This document shows, piece after piece, positions 28,544-38,520 of a stretch of 64,000 bases of DNA. The DNA lies in the NCBI GenBank assembly GCA_023406895.1, contig JAEXTV010000001.1, forward strand, positions 7,019 through 71,018, in the 5' to 3' direction. Each line of letters opens with the position of its first letter. Position 1 is the stretch's first letter. The notes under the pieces are model-generated. The model was given only the letters and a program-made list of their open reading frames with translations, did no database searches and was not told the DNA's origin. The stretch comes from Bacillota bacterium (GTDB lineage Bacteria > Bacillota > Clostridia > Christensenellales > SZUA-584). The translations under genes were made by a program, and so were the position numbers.

Positions 28544-29716
28544 ATGACCATTAACGAAGAATCGTTGAAACTGCATGAGGAATGGAAGGGCAAGATTGAA
28601 GTGATCAGCACGGTGCCCGTGAAAGACAAGCATGATTTGAGTGTGGCTTATACACCCGGCGTGGCGGAACCCTGCCTTAAGATATCCGATAATGTGGACC
28701 TGTCGTATACCTACACGCGCCGCTGGAATCTGGTGGCGGTGGTGACGGACGGCACGGCGGTTTTGGGTCTCGGCGATATCGGTCCGGAAGCCGGTATGCC
28801 CGTGATGGAAGGCAAATGCGTGCTGTTTAAAACATTCGGTGATGTGGATGCATTCCCGCTCTGCATACGCAGCAAAGATGTGGACGACATTGTGAATACG
28901 GTGCGTTTGCTGGCGGGCAGCTTCGGCGGCGTGAATCTCGAGGATATCTCTGCGCCGCGCTGCTTCGAAATTGAACGGCGTCTTAAAGAATGCTGCGATA
29001 TTCCGATATTCCATGACGACCAGCACGGTACCGCTGTGGTTTCGCTTGCGGCAATGATCAATGCGCTTAAGCTCACGGGTAAGGATTTAAAGAGCATCAG
29101 TGCTGTGGTGAACGGCGCGGGTGCTGCGGCCATAGCGGTGACCCGGCTGCTTATGGCCATGGGGCTCACCGACGTTGTGCTTTGCGATAGGCAGGGAGCG
29201 ATCTATAAAGGCCGCGAAAACCTGAACAGTGAAAAAGAGCTGATGGCCGAAATCTCCAACAAACACATGAAAAAGGGATCGCTGGCCGATGTCGTTAAGG
29301 GAGCCGATGTGTTCTTCGGACTTTCCGCTCCGAATGTGTTGTCCAAAGAGATGGTGAAAACCATGGCGAAGGATCCGATCATCTTCGCAATGTCGAACCC
29401 TGTTCCGGAGATTATGCCGGATGATGCCATTGAAGCGGGTGCGGCTGTTGTGGGCACGGGCCGCAGCGATTTTGCGAACCAGATTAACAACGTGCTCGCG
29501 TTCCCGGGCATTTTCCGCGGTGCGCTCGATGTGCGCGCGAGCGATATCAATGATGAGATGAAAATCGCCGCTGCGTACGCAATCGCCAGCCTTGTGACAG
29601 AAGACGAGCTCAAGCCCGAATACATTATACCGGCACCGTTTGACCCGCGCGTGGGCCCCGCGGTGGCGGAAGCCGTCGCCAAAGCGGCGCGTGATTCCGG
29701 CGTTGCCCGTATCTAA
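28544..29716 (+). CDS. NAD(P)-dependent malic enzyme (short form, no PTA domain)
   Basis: 390 aa. Contains ..LSVAYTPGVAEPC.., ..VVTDGTAVLGLGDIG..AGMPVMEGK.., ..FGGVNLEDI.., ..VNGAGAAAIA... Confidence 0.9.
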   Translation: MTINEESLKLHEEWKGKIEVISTVPVKDKHDLSVAYTPGVAEPCLKISDNVDLSYTYTRRWNLVAVVTDGTAVLGLGDIGPEAGMPVMEGKCVLFKTFGDVDAFPLCIRSKDVDDIVNTVRLLAGSFGGVNLEDISAPRCFEIERRLKECCDIPIFHDDQHGTAVVSLAAMINALKLTGKDLKSISAVVNGAGAAAIAVTRLLMAMGLTDVVLCDRQGAIYKGRENLNSEKELMAEISNKHMKKGSLADVVKGADVFFGLSAPNVLSKEMVKTMAKDPIIFAMSNPVPEIMPDDAIEAGAAVVGTGRSDFANQINNVLAFPGIFRGALDVRASDINDEMKIAAAYAIASLVTEDELKPEYIIPAPFDPRVGPAVAEAVAKAARDSGVARI

Positions 29717-29746
29717 CCAAACCAGCAAAAGATCACATACTTTTTG

Positions 29747-29780
29747 AAGAATCCGGGAGACTCAGCCCGGATTCTTTTTT
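29747..29780 (+). terminator. Rho-independent terminator after malic enzyme gene
   Basis: AAGAATCCGGG-loop-CCCGGATTCTTTTTT. Confidence 0.85.
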
Positions 29781-29858
29781 GTCCGGATGGTTGATATTTC
29801 GCGAGATTTTGCTTACCAACATATTTTTTATACCAGCAGGTTATCTCAGACTTGTTCG

Positions 29859-29887
29859 TTGACTATTATTTTACTCACGTATATAAT
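29859..29887 (+). promoter_or_regulatory. Consensus-like sigma-A promoter (TTGACT-17-TATAAT) inside the orphan AT-rich spacer
   Basis: TTGACT 29859-29864, a 17-nt spacer, and TATAAT 29882-29887. No convincing gene lies immediately downstream. Confidence 0.5.
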
Positions 29888-30482
29888 GAAATAAGTTTTT
29901 TCGTCAAGATTTTGCCTGAACAGCAGGATTAAAACAGCTTGTTTCTAAACTATTATCGTATTCGCCATCCTCTTGGAACAAGCCCAAAGGCTCTGACAGC
30001 AGTTCATCCAAATCAAGGAGAAATCGGTTAAGAATGAGAAAACGATGTCGGGCAGTCCATTACGATAATATCGTCGTTTTAGGCCGTATCCGTGAGAACA
30101 ACAAATAATAGACTTAAATCCGTGGCAAGACTCACAACGGCGGATTATTGTTATCAGGGAAACCGTGACAGAACGTTAATACGTGTATGACATCGCTGAT
30201 CATGGCACTGGCCGCGTGCATCTTCGGTGTGACATCGATCAGAGGGTTTTCACAAACTTCTGTCGTTGGTCTGATTTTGGGCTTCAACCCTTCTATAGTC
30301 ATTGCCGCTTCGGTATGGGTCGGCCTTGCAGATGCGTTAACAAAGGCAGGAATAATTAAGGTGCCAGTCAAAAGCCAAAGCAAAGGCCAAGGCGTAAGCT
30401 GTATAAAACAGATTAATAGCCTTTCCTTGACAAAGGGAGAGGCTTTTCAGTATTAAGGGATCAGTGAGGACAGGAAACCACA

Positions 30483-32831
30483 TTGCAGAGTTTTTTTGAG
30501 CGCCCGGCACTTGCCGAAGGCACACGTGAAAAGACAGCGGCCATTCAGGCGGCGACAGGCTTATGCGAGCCAGTTGCGGCCTTGCTGTGCCGCAGAGGCA
30601 TCGATACGCCTGACGCTGCCAAACGCTTTTTGCATCCGGGGCCGGAACAGTTTCACGACCCGCTGCTGTTGCCGGATATGGGAGAAGCCGTTCAAAGAAT
30701 TAAAAATGCGGTTGAAACGGGCGAGAAGATCACGGTATTCTGCGATTATGACGCGGATGGCACCACGGGCGGCTGCGCACTCTATTTGCATTTAAAAAGC
30801 GCGGGTGCCATTGTCAACATTTTAACGCCGAACCGCCATAAAGAGGGCTATGGCCTCAACGCGGCGGTGGTGGAGCAAATGGCGGGTGACGGCTGTTCAC
30901 TGATCATCACTGTAGACTGCGGCATTACAAATGTGGAGGAAACGGGCCTTGCGCGCAGCCTCGGCATGGATGTGGTGATTACCGATCATCATGAATGCGG
31001 CGATATCCTGCCCGATACCCCGTACATCATCAACGCGAAACGAGCGGATAACGTGTATCCCGACTTAAACCTTGCGGGGTGCGGCGTGGCGTTTAAGCTG
31101 ATTCACGCGCTGTCGTCGCTGGCCGAGGCGATGCGCTATATCGATCTCATTGCAATCGGCACCATTACGGATATTGTGCCGCTGCTCGGCGAAAACCGCG
31201 TGATTGCCTATATGGGGCTCGATAAGATGCGCAAAAGCCCATCCGCCGGTGTGGCGGCGCTCGCGCAGGCTGCGGGCATCAACCTCGAAGAGGTATCATC
31301 CTTCAATATCAGTTTTGGCCTTGGCCCGCGCATTAACGCCGCGGGGCGCATGGATACGGCCGAAGCGGCCATAGACATTCTGAAAAGCACAAAGCCAAGT
31401 GTCGCGCTGAGCCTGAGTGCCCAGCGGCTCTGCGGGCTCAACGACGCGCGCAAAAAGGACGTTGAAGACATTCTGGCCGACGCGGAAGCGATGATTGACG
31501 AATACGGTTATCACAGCGACCCGGCCATACTGCTGGCTCAAAGCAGCTGGAATGCGGGCGTTATCGGTATTGCCGCGGCCAAGATCGCGGAAAAGTACAC
31601 ACGCCCCTGCGTGCTGTTCGGCGGCGAAGACAATCTCGTGGGCTCGGCACGCAGCATCGAGAGCATCAATATTTACGATGTGCTCAGCGTTTTCGCGGAC
31701 AGATACATAAAATTCGGCGGCCATTCTCAGGCAGCCGGGCTCACCGTAGCGCCTGAGGTTTTGGAAGGTCTTCGGCGTGATGTGTGCGATTATATTCGCG
31801 CGCATTATGACGACAGGGCCTTTGTGCGGATGAAGCTGTACGACTTGGCGCTGCATGCCGGGGAGATTACGCGCGAATTGGTGGAGGATATCAAACGGCT
31901 TGAACCGTTCGGACAGAATAACGAAAAACCCGCCGTGGCGGTGCTGGGCGGAGATGTTCTCTCATCGCGTTTTGTCGGTAAAAATGAGCAGCCGCATTTG
32001 AAGCTCGTGATCGGGCAGAACGCAAGAAAGATAGACGCTGTGGCGTTTTACTATAAGGATACGCACGCGCTTATACCGGGGCGTGCCGATTTTCTGTGTG
32101 AGCCGGGTATCGACAGCATGACAAACCGGCCGCAGCTGATTGTGCGCGATATTGTTTATTATCAGGATGATGCGCTGATTCGCAGTTTTCTTAACGCCAA
32201 TGCCGAGAGCTTTGCAAAAGGGTTTTTGGACGAGGTTTCTGCGCTTGGTGCCTCCGAGTTTGGGATGCCAGATGAAGCTTCGTTTACGGAGGCGCTTCAA
32301 GACGCGCTTGCGCAAAGCCGCTTTGGGCTGTGCGTCAGTGTGCAGACGGCACCCGCGCTGAAGCGCGTGCTGGGTTTGGCGAGTGTCCGGGAAGCCATGA
32401 AGCAGGGACGGCTGATATTATGGGATCACAAGTCGTTTTCGCCCGATAACTGCATCGCCTGCGGGATGGCGGCCGGGCATACCCGCGTGCTCTGCGTCGG
32501 AGCGAATCCGAATACGTACTTATTTGATGATGAGATGCGAACGGCCTATCATAATCACGCTGCGAGTGTTTTTCTTAATCGCGACAAGCTGCTCGGTGTT
32601 TACCGCGCGCTGGGGGCCATGCTCAAACGGCCGCGCACGGTGGCTGACATTGCGCGCAAGCTGTCGCTGTCTTTGGAATCGGCTGCCTTCGCAACACGTG
32701 TGCTCAGTGAGCTTAAGTTGCTCACTATCGACAAAAGTGATAGAATACTGGCGTTAAACGAGGGGCAGCCGCGAAGAGAGCTTCGTCAAAGCCGCTGTTA
32801 CTCAAACTTTGAGGACTTATTGAATGGATGA
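30483..32831 (+). CDS. recJ: Single-stranded-DNA-specific exonuclease RecJ
   Basis: 782 aa with a TTG start. DHH motifs are present (..VFCDYDADGTTG.., ..ITVDCG.., ..VITDHHE..) along with DHHA1 (..GGHSQAAG..). Confidence 0.93.
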   Translation: MQSFFERPALAEGTREKTAAIQAATGLCEPVAALLCRRGIDTPDAAKRFLHPGPEQFHDPLLLPDMGEAVQRIKNAVETGEKITVFCDYDADGTTGGCALYLHLKSAGAIVNILTPNRHKEGYGLNAAVVEQMAGDGCSLIITVDCGITNVEETGLARSLGMDVVITDHHECGDILPDTPYIINAKRADNVYPDLNLAGCGVAFKLIHALSSLAEAMRYIDLIAIGTITDIVPLLGENRVIAYMGLDKMRKSPSAGVAALAQAAGINLEEVSSFNISFGLGPRINAAGRMDTAEAAIDILKSTKPSVALSLSAQRLCGLNDARKKDVEDILADAEAMIDEYGYHSDPAILLAQSSWNAGVIGIAAAKIAEKYTRPCVLFGGEDNLVGSARSIESINIYDVLSVFADRYIKFGGHSQAAGLTVAPEVLEGLRRDVCDYIRAHYDDRAFVRMKLYDLALHAGEITRELVEDIKRLEPFGQNNEKPAVAVLGGDVLSSRFVGKNEQPHLKLVIGQNARKIDAVAFYYKDTHALIPGRADFLCEPGIDSMTNRPQLIVRDIVYYQDDALIRSFLNANAESFAKGFLDEVSALGASEFGMPDEASFTEALQDALAQSRFGLCVSVQTAPALKRVLGLASVREAMKQGRLILWDHKSFSPDNCIACGMAAGHTRVLCVGANPNTYLFDDEMRTAYHNHAASVFLNRDKLLGVYRALGAMLKRPRTVADIARKLSLSLESAAFATRVLSELKLLTIDKSDRILALNEGQPRRELRQSRCYSNFEDLLNG

Positions 32832-34986
32832 TAAAAGCAGAAGCCAAAAACCGCTGATAGAAAAAGTTAAAGAAAACTACTCAGAGGAGGATCAGGTCTT
32901 TTTTGAAAAAGCCTACGCGTATGCCGAAAAAGCGCACGAAGGACAGATGCGTCTGTCCGGCGAACCTTTTTTTATGCACCCTTACGAGGTGGCCGGTATA
33001 CTCGTTGACTTAGGACTTGATATGTCCACCGTGGTGGCGGGACTGTTTCACGACATCGTGGAAGATACCGATGTGACGCTGGAGGAGATCAAAGAAAAAT
33101 TCGGCGCCGAAACGGCTCAGATTGTGGACGGTGTGACCAAGGTCGGCAAGGTGAGCTTCTCATCCAAGGAAGAGCACCAGGCGGAATATCTGAGAAAGAT
33201 GTTTCTGGCCATGGCCAATGATATCCGCGTGATTCTTGTGAAGCTGGCCGACAGACTGCACAACATGAGAACGCTCAAATACCAGAGCGAGGAAAAGCGC
33301 CTCGAAAAATCCAAGGAGACACTGGAGATTTTTGCGCCGCTTGCGCATCGTCTCGGTATCAACGCGATCAAATGGGAACTCGAGGACCTGGCTTTAAAAT
33401 ATATCGATGAGAAAGCGTATTATGAAATTGCCGCCAAGCTCACCGATACGCGCGCGGAACGCCGCGAGTACATCAATGCCGTGGTCGAAGAGATCAAGCA
33501 GCATTTGAAGAAAATCAAGGTGAACGCCGAAATTGAAGGGCGTCCCAAGCATATTTACAGCATTTACACAAAGATCCATAAGAAGCACAAAGCGTTTGAG
33601 GAAGTGTATGATCTGATTGCCGTGCGCATTGTGGTGGAAACCGTGCGCGACTGTTATGCGGTGCTTGGCACGGTGCATACCGTATGGAAGCCGATACCGG
33701 GGCGGTTTAAGGATTATATTGCGGTGCCCAAACAGAACATGTACCAGTCGATTCACACCACGGTATTGGGGCGCGACGGGCGGCCTTTTGAGGTGCAGAT
33801 ACGCACCAAGGAGATGCATTCCACGGCGGAATACGGCATCGCGGCGCACTGGCATTATAAAGAAGGCACGCAGCAGAGCGAAATGGACAACAAGCTCGTG
33901 TGGCTGCGCGAGCTGCTCGAATGGCAGACGGACACCAAGGACTCGCGCGAGTTCATGGAAACGCTCAAGATCGACTTCTTTTCCGATAAGGTGTATGTAT
34001 TTACGCCCAAGGGCGATGTCAAAGAGTTTACGCAAGGCTCGACGCCGCTTGACTTTGCTTACGGCATCCACAGCGAAATCGGCAACAAGTGCACGGGCGC
34101 GAAGATCAACGGCAAGATCGTGCCGCTGTCCTACCAACTGCAGTCGGGTGATATCGTGGAGATCATCACGTCGGCGGCTTCCAAAGGCCCCTCGCGGGAT
34201 TGGCTGAAAATTGTTAAGACCTCTCAGGCCAAGAGCAAGATTAAGAATTGGCTCAGGAAAGAATATAAGGAAGAGAACATCGTTAAAGGCCGCGACATGC
34301 TGGAAAAGGAAGCGCGCCGTCGCGGTTATGATTTGAAAACGCTGTTCAAATCCGAATGGCTCAAGGATATTTACAAGAAGTTCACGCTGCAAAGCGCTGA
34401 GGATATCTATTCGGCAGTCGGGTACGGCGGCATCACGACGGGGCAGATCCTGCATAAGCTGATTGAGGAATACCGCCGGGAGAACAAGCCTGCATTTGAT
34501 AAACCCGTCACGCAGACGCGCAGCGCGCGCACGGGCGAATCCAGCGGCATCATCGTGAAGGGGTATGACGATATGGTCGTGCGGTTTGCCAAGTGCTGCA
34601 ACCCGGTGCCGGGCGACGGTATCGTGGGGTACATCACGCGCGGACGCGGCGTATCCGTGCACCGCAGCGACTGTTCCAACGTCACATCGGAGGATTTTGA
34701 ATCGGGCCGGATGATTGAAGTGAGCTGGTCGACCGGCGAAAAATCGAGCTATAACGTGGAAATTCAGGTGACCGCGGAAGACCGCACGGGCCTGATTGCG
34801 GAAGTGAGCAACAAGCTTTTCAGTATGGGCTTTTCCATCACGTCCGTCAACGCGCGCATGGGCAAAAACCGTGTCGCCAATATGGTTTTCGGCTTTGAAA
34901 TTTCCGAATCATCGCAGCTCGACACGATCACAAAATCACTAAAAAGCATAACGGGTGTGCGGGACGTCTACCGCATTCACAAATAG
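32824..34986 (+). CDS. relA: Bifunctional (p)ppGpp synthetase/hydrolase, RelA/SpoT (Rel) family
   Basis: 720 aa. It has an HD domain (..HDIVEDT..), a synthetase block (..YIAVPKQNMYQSIHTTV..EVQIRT..MH..AEYGIAAHW.YKE) and TGS and ACT ends. Confidence 0.95.
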   Translation: MDDKSRSQKPLIEKVKENYSEEDQVFFEKAYAYAEKAHEGQMRLSGEPFFMHPYEVAGILVDLGLDMSTVVAGLFHDIVEDTDVTLEEIKEKFGAETAQIVDGVTKVGKVSFSSKEEHQAEYLRKMFLAMANDIRVILVKLADRLHNMRTLKYQSEEKRLEKSKETLEIFAPLAHRLGINAIKWELEDLALKYIDEKAYYEIAAKLTDTRAERREYINAVVEEIKQHLKKIKVNAEIEGRPKHIYSIYTKIHKKHKAFEEVYDLIAVRIVVETVRDCYAVLGTVHTVWKPIPGRFKDYIAVPKQNMYQSIHTTVLGRDGRPFEVQIRTKEMHSTAEYGIAAHWHYKEGTQQSEMDNKLVWLRELLEWQTDTKDSREFMETLKIDFFSDKVYVFTPKGDVKEFTQGSTPLDFAYGIHSEIGNKCTGAKINGKIVPLSYQLQSGDIVEIITSAASKGPSRDWLKIVKTSQAKSKIKNWLRKEYKEENIVKGRDMLEKEARRRGYDLKTLFKSEWLKDIYKKFTLQSAEDIYSAVGYGGITTGQILHKLIEEYRRENKPAFDKPVTQTRSARTGESSGIIVKGYDDMVVRFAKCCNPVPGDGIVGYITRGRGVSVHRSDCSNVTSEDFESGRMIEVSWSTGEKSSYNVEIQVTAEDRTGLIAEVSNKLFSMGFSITSVNARMGKNRVANMVFGFEISESSQLDTITKSLKSITGVRDVYRIHK

Positions 34987-34989
34987 CCG

Positions 34990-35436
34990 ATGGTGGCGGT
35001 GGTAGAACGCGTACTCGGTGCGCGCGTGACAGTGGATGGATTGGTCGTGGGCGAAATCGGCAAAGGGCTGCTCGTGCTGCTCGGCGTCGCGCAGGACGAT
35101 GAAATAAGTGATCTGGATTACATTGTACGAAAAACTGTGAACCTGCGCATTTTCCCGGACAACGGTAAAATGTCGCTCAGCGTGAAGGATATCGGCGCGA
35201 GCGTGCTCGTTGTGTCGCAGTTCACGCTGCTCGGTGACGCGCGCAAGGGCAACCGGCCCGATTTCGGCGGTGCGGCCAATGCGGCGCATGCAAAGAGACT
35301 GTATGAAGCGTGTATCGAAGCTTTCCGTGCGGAGGGGATCAATACGGCGACGGGCGAATTCGGCGCGGACATGAAAGTAGAATCAATCGGAGACGGCCCG
35401 GTGACGATACTGCTGGACAGCAAGAGACGATTCTAG
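34990..35436 (+). CDS. dtd: D-aminoacyl-tRNA deacylase
   Basis: 148 aa. Contains ..VSQFTLLGDARKGNRPDF.. and ..GDGPVTILLDS... Confidence 0.93.
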   Translation: MVAVVERVLGARVTVDGLVVGEIGKGLLVLLGVAQDDEISDLDYIVRKTVNLRIFPDNGKMSLSVKDIGASVLVVSQFTLLGDARKGNRPDFGGAANAAHAKRLYEACIEAFRAEGINTATGEFGADMKVESIGDGPVTILLDSKRRF

Positions 35437-35446
35437 GGAGGAACAC

Positions 35447-36073
35447 ATGAAAGTCATTCAAATCGCGGTGGGCGAACTGATGGCCAACGCATTTGTGGTA
35501 TATAAGGAAGGCTCAAGCAAGGCGTTCGTGGTGGATCCGGGCGCGGATTATGCGCGCATCAGGGAGCGTCTTGACGACAACGGCATCACCGAGGTCACGC
35601 ATATATTGCTGACGCACGGCCACTTTGACCATATCGGTGCGGTGGCTCAGCTTGCGGCCGATACGGGTGCGAAGGTGTGCATACACCGGCGCGACGCCGC
35701 GATGCTGCAAAGCGACACACAGAGCCTTGCGGTGGTTGCGGGGCTTTCCATTGAGCCCGTTCAGCCGGATATCCTGTTTGAAGGCGGCGAGATCATCGTG
35801 GCGGCGGATATCGAGGTGGAGGTGCTGCATACGCCTGGTCATTCGGGCGGCTGCGTCTGTTATCTGGCGGAGGATGCAATGTTTTCGGGCGATACGCTGT
35901 TTTATATGTACTGCGGACGCACGGATTTTCCGGGCAGCGATGCGGATGAGTACGATCATTCCCTGCACGATGTGCTGGGGCGTTTGAAAAAGGACTACAC
36001 CGTGTACACGGGCCACGGCATTAAAACCACGCTTTTTGCGGAATTTGCAAACAATCCGTTTCTTAAACCATGA
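35447..36073 (+). CDS. MBL-fold metallo-hydrolase (glyoxalase II-like)
   Basis: 208 aa with the LLTHGHFDHIG metal motif. Confidence 0.85.
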   Translation: MKVIQIAVGELMANAFVVYKEGSSKAFVVDPGADYARIRERLDDNGITEVTHILLTHGHFDHIGAVAQLAADTGAKVCIHRRDAAMLQSDTQSLAVVAGLSIEPVQPDILFEGGEIIVAADIEVEVLHTPGHSGGCVCYLAEDAMFSGDTLFYMYCGRTDFPGSDADEYDHSLHDVLGRLKKDYTVYTGHGIKTTLFAEFANNPFLKP

Positions 36074-37518
36074 CGGCGCTTCATACCACACATCCCGAAT
36101 TCTTCAACGACATCTGCGAGGCGATGCGCCTGTTTATCGACACGCGGCGCATTGAGCTGCTCGAAAAGCCCGAAGCGGCGGCCGAAGGCCATTCGGTGCT
36201 GCATACGTTCGAACTGAGCGGCGGCAAGATGACAAGCACGGCCCGGTTTTTTTTGGACGGCGTTTTCATATCGGAGAATACGTTTACAGGTATGATACCG
36301 GCAGGCGCGCTCGAGAAAAAACGAGAGGCCAAACGCGCGTCCAAAATCAGCGTTTACAGGGCGCTGCTTGCTCATTTTAAATCGCCGCTGCCGTGGGGAT
36401 CGCTCACCGGCATACGCCCCACCAAGCTGCTGCGCGACAGCGAAGCGCTGCTCGGCACGCAACACGCCAAATCGCTTTTTTTGAACACTTTTGACGTATC
36501 ACCTCAGAAATATACGCTGGCCAAAGCGATTGTGGACGCTCAGGCCGGGCTTTTTCCCAAAGACGGTGAGCTTGATTTGTATATCGGCATACCGTTTTGT
36601 GTGACGCGGTGCGCGTACTGCTCGTTCGCGTCGTACACGCCCGATGTGTTTAAGGACGCGGAAGAACAATATGTGCAGGCACTGCTCGCGGAGCTTGAGT
36701 GCGCGGAGACGATCATCGGCAGCAGGCGTGTGCGCGCACTGTATGTGGGCGGGGGCACACCCACGGCACTCTCGCCGCACAGCCTTGAGAAAGTATTGAA
36801 CCGTGCGTCGCAGCTTGCGAAGAACGCGGTTGAATTCACGGTGGAAGCGGGCCGGCCTGATACCATCACGGGTGAAAAACTGGCGCTGATCAAAGCCTCG
36901 GGCGCGCGGCGTCTTAGCGTGAACGCGCAGACGATGTTTGACGAAACGCTACAGCGCATCGGGCGGCGGCACACGGCGGCAGAGTTTCTCGCCGCCTATG
37001 AGCTCGCGACACAGGCGGGCTTTGATGCCATCAATGTGGATTTAATTGCGGGGCTGCCGGGGGAAACGCAGGCGCACATGGCGCAGTCGCTGCGGCAGGT
37101 GATGGCGCTTGACCCTGCGAATATCACGGTGCACACGCTCGCCGTGAAGCGCGCGTCCAAGTTCGCGGAGGCCAATATGGGCGCATTCCCGACCGACACG
37201 CAGACAGCGCAGACGCTGGAAACGGCGCACGCGATGCTCGAAGCGGCGGGCTATCACGCGTATTACATGTACCGCCAGAAGTATATGAAGGGCAGCCTCG
37301 AAAACGCGGGCTACACGCGGCCCGGGGCTGCATGCCTTTACAATATCGACAACATGGAGGAGCTTTGCGACGTGCTCGCTTTCGGTGCGGGCGCGATTTC
37401 CAAGCGGCTTTTTAACGGCGGCGCGCGCATAGAACGCGCGGCGAACGTGAAGGACTTAAAGGGGTACATCGAGCGGCACGCGGAAATGGCGGAGGCCAAG
37501 CGCAAGCTGTTTGAATAA
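36070..37518 (+). CDS. hemZ: Radical SAM protein, HemZ/HemN-like coproporphyrinogen dehydrogenase family
   Basis: 482 aa. The radical SAM cluster is IPFCVTRCAYCSF (CxxxCxxC), followed by ..LYVGGGTPT... The long N-terminal extension is typical of HemZ annotations. The real substrate is unknown. Confidence 0.7.
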   Translation: MTALHTTHPEFFNDICEAMRLFIDTRRIELLEKPEAAAEGHSVLHTFELSGGKMTSTARFFLDGVFISENTFTGMIPAGALEKKREAKRASKISVYRALLAHFKSPLPWGSLTGIRPTKLLRDSEALLGTQHAKSLFLNTFDVSPQKYTLAKAIVDAQAGLFPKDGELDLYIGIPFCVTRCAYCSFASYTPDVFKDAEEQYVQALLAELECAETIIGSRRVRALYVGGGTPTALSPHSLEKVLNRASQLAKNAVEFTVEAGRPDTITGEKLALIKASGARRLSVNAQTMFDETLQRIGRRHTAAEFLAAYELATQAGFDAINVDLIAGLPGETQAHMAQSLRQVMALDPANITVHTLAVKRASKFAEANMGAFPTDTQTAQTLETAHAMLEAAGYHAYYMYRQKYMKGSLENAGYTRPGAACLYNIDNMEELCDVLAFGAGAISKRLFNGGARIERAANVKDLKGYIERHAEMAEAKRKLFE

Positions 37519-37751
37519 TTAGGCTTAAAGCAGAAGAATAGCCCGTCCCTTATCTTGCTTAAGAATAAACGCTGGCGGTTGAAAGCGGAACGGAGTGCCT
37601 GCGTGGCCCGAAAGAGCAGTATTGCGCAATTGCAGGACGGCATCGTGATCATTCTGTCCTCCGCATCGCCGAAATATGATGCCATTAACGACACCACAAA
37701 ACCGGCTTTTTTATCTCTTGGCAGCCAACAGGCGTCATCGAAAAAAACAGG

Positions 37752-37780
37752 TTGACATAAAGGCTTGGTTAAAATATAAT
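37752..37780 (+). promoter_or_regulatory. Perfect consensus sigma-A promoter (TTGACA-17-TATAAT) for yceD-rpmF
   Basis: TTGACA 37752-37757, a 17-nt spacer, and TATAAT 37775-37780. Confidence 0.8.
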
Positions 37781-37817
37781 TTTACACGTTGACGATTGCC
37801 TAGGGGCAGGTAAAGAG

Positions 37818-38318
37818 ATGAATATTGATTTAAGAGAAGCTCTGCTCAATGAGGGCGAGCTTTATTCGTCGGAATATCACGGCGCGTTTGAGGGGATTGA
37901 TTTCCTCGGCGAACGCTACGATTTTCCGCAAGGCATAGACGTCGCGGCGGATTACCGCTATGACGGGGAAGGCGTGATTGTATCCGGGCGCTTCGATGCG
38001 AAGGCGACCGTGACCTGCGCGAGATGCTTAAAACCATTTTTGTATACGATCGGTTTTCATTTTGCCGAGTATTATAAAAAGCAGCCGGAAGAAGGCGAGT
38101 ATGAATTCGCTGGCGAATCCATCGAGCTGGACCGGATGCTGGAAGACAATGTGGTGGTCAATCTTCCCACGCGTTTCTTATGCAGGGAAGACTGCAAAGG
38201 CCTTTGCAGCCACTGTGGGAAAGACTTAAACGAAGGCGAATGCGGCTGCCGGCCCGATGTGGATCCGGACAATCCGTTTGCCGGTCTTTCAAAACTGTAC
38301 GATGACGAGGAGGTGTAG
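37818..38318 (+). CDS. YceD/DUF177 family protein (ribosome-assembly associated)
   Basis: 166 aa. Cys pairs are present (..CARC.. and ..C..C.GLCSHCGKDLN...C.C). It sits directly upstream of rpmF, as is usual for this family. Confidence 0.85.
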   Translation: MNIDLREALLNEGELYSSEYHGAFEGIDFLGERYDFPQGIDVAADYRYDGEGVIVSGRFDAKATVTCARCLKPFLYTIGFHFAEYYKKQPEEGEYEFAGESIELDRMLEDNVVVNLPTRFLCREDCKGLCSHCGKDLNEGECGCRPDVDPDNPFAGLSKLYDDEEV

Positions 38319-38322
38319 ATAA

Positions 38323-38520
38323 ATGGCGGTACCAAAAAGAAGAACATCCAAACAGCGCACACATACAAGAAAGTCTGCAAACTTTAAGCTGACAGCGCCC
38401 GGCATCGCGGCTTGTCCGCAGTGTCACGCGATGAAGCTGACGCACAGAGTTTGCCCGACATGCGGGTATTATAACGGACGGCATGTGATGGATACCGAGA
38501 AAAAGGAGAAGGCGCAGTAA
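38323..38520 (+). CDS. rpmF: 50S ribosomal protein L32
   Basis: 65 aa. Contains MAVPKRRTSKQR.. and the CPQC..CPTCGYY zinc ribbon. Confidence 0.95.
   Translation: MAVPKRRTSKQRTHTRKSANFKLTAPGIAACPQCHAMKLTHRVCPTCGYYNGRHVMDTEKKEKAQ

Noticed and set aside
30132-30456. Overlapping 83-aa (-) and 89-aa (+) ORFs upstream of recJ
   Set aside because: They mutually overlap and neither has an SD or a family motif. I cannot decide which, if either, is real, so neither is listed as a feature. See the orphan-spacer finding.
33394-34662. 422-aa ORF on the minus strand
   Set aside because: It lies entirely antisense to relA. It is Arg/His/Ala-rich with low-complexity composition and has no SD. This is a typical shadow ORF of a GC-rich gene.
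37555-37755. 66-aa + ORF between hemZ and the yceD promoter
   Set aside because: It has no SD and runs into the consensus promoter at 37752. It could be debris of an older gene, but nothing supports coding.
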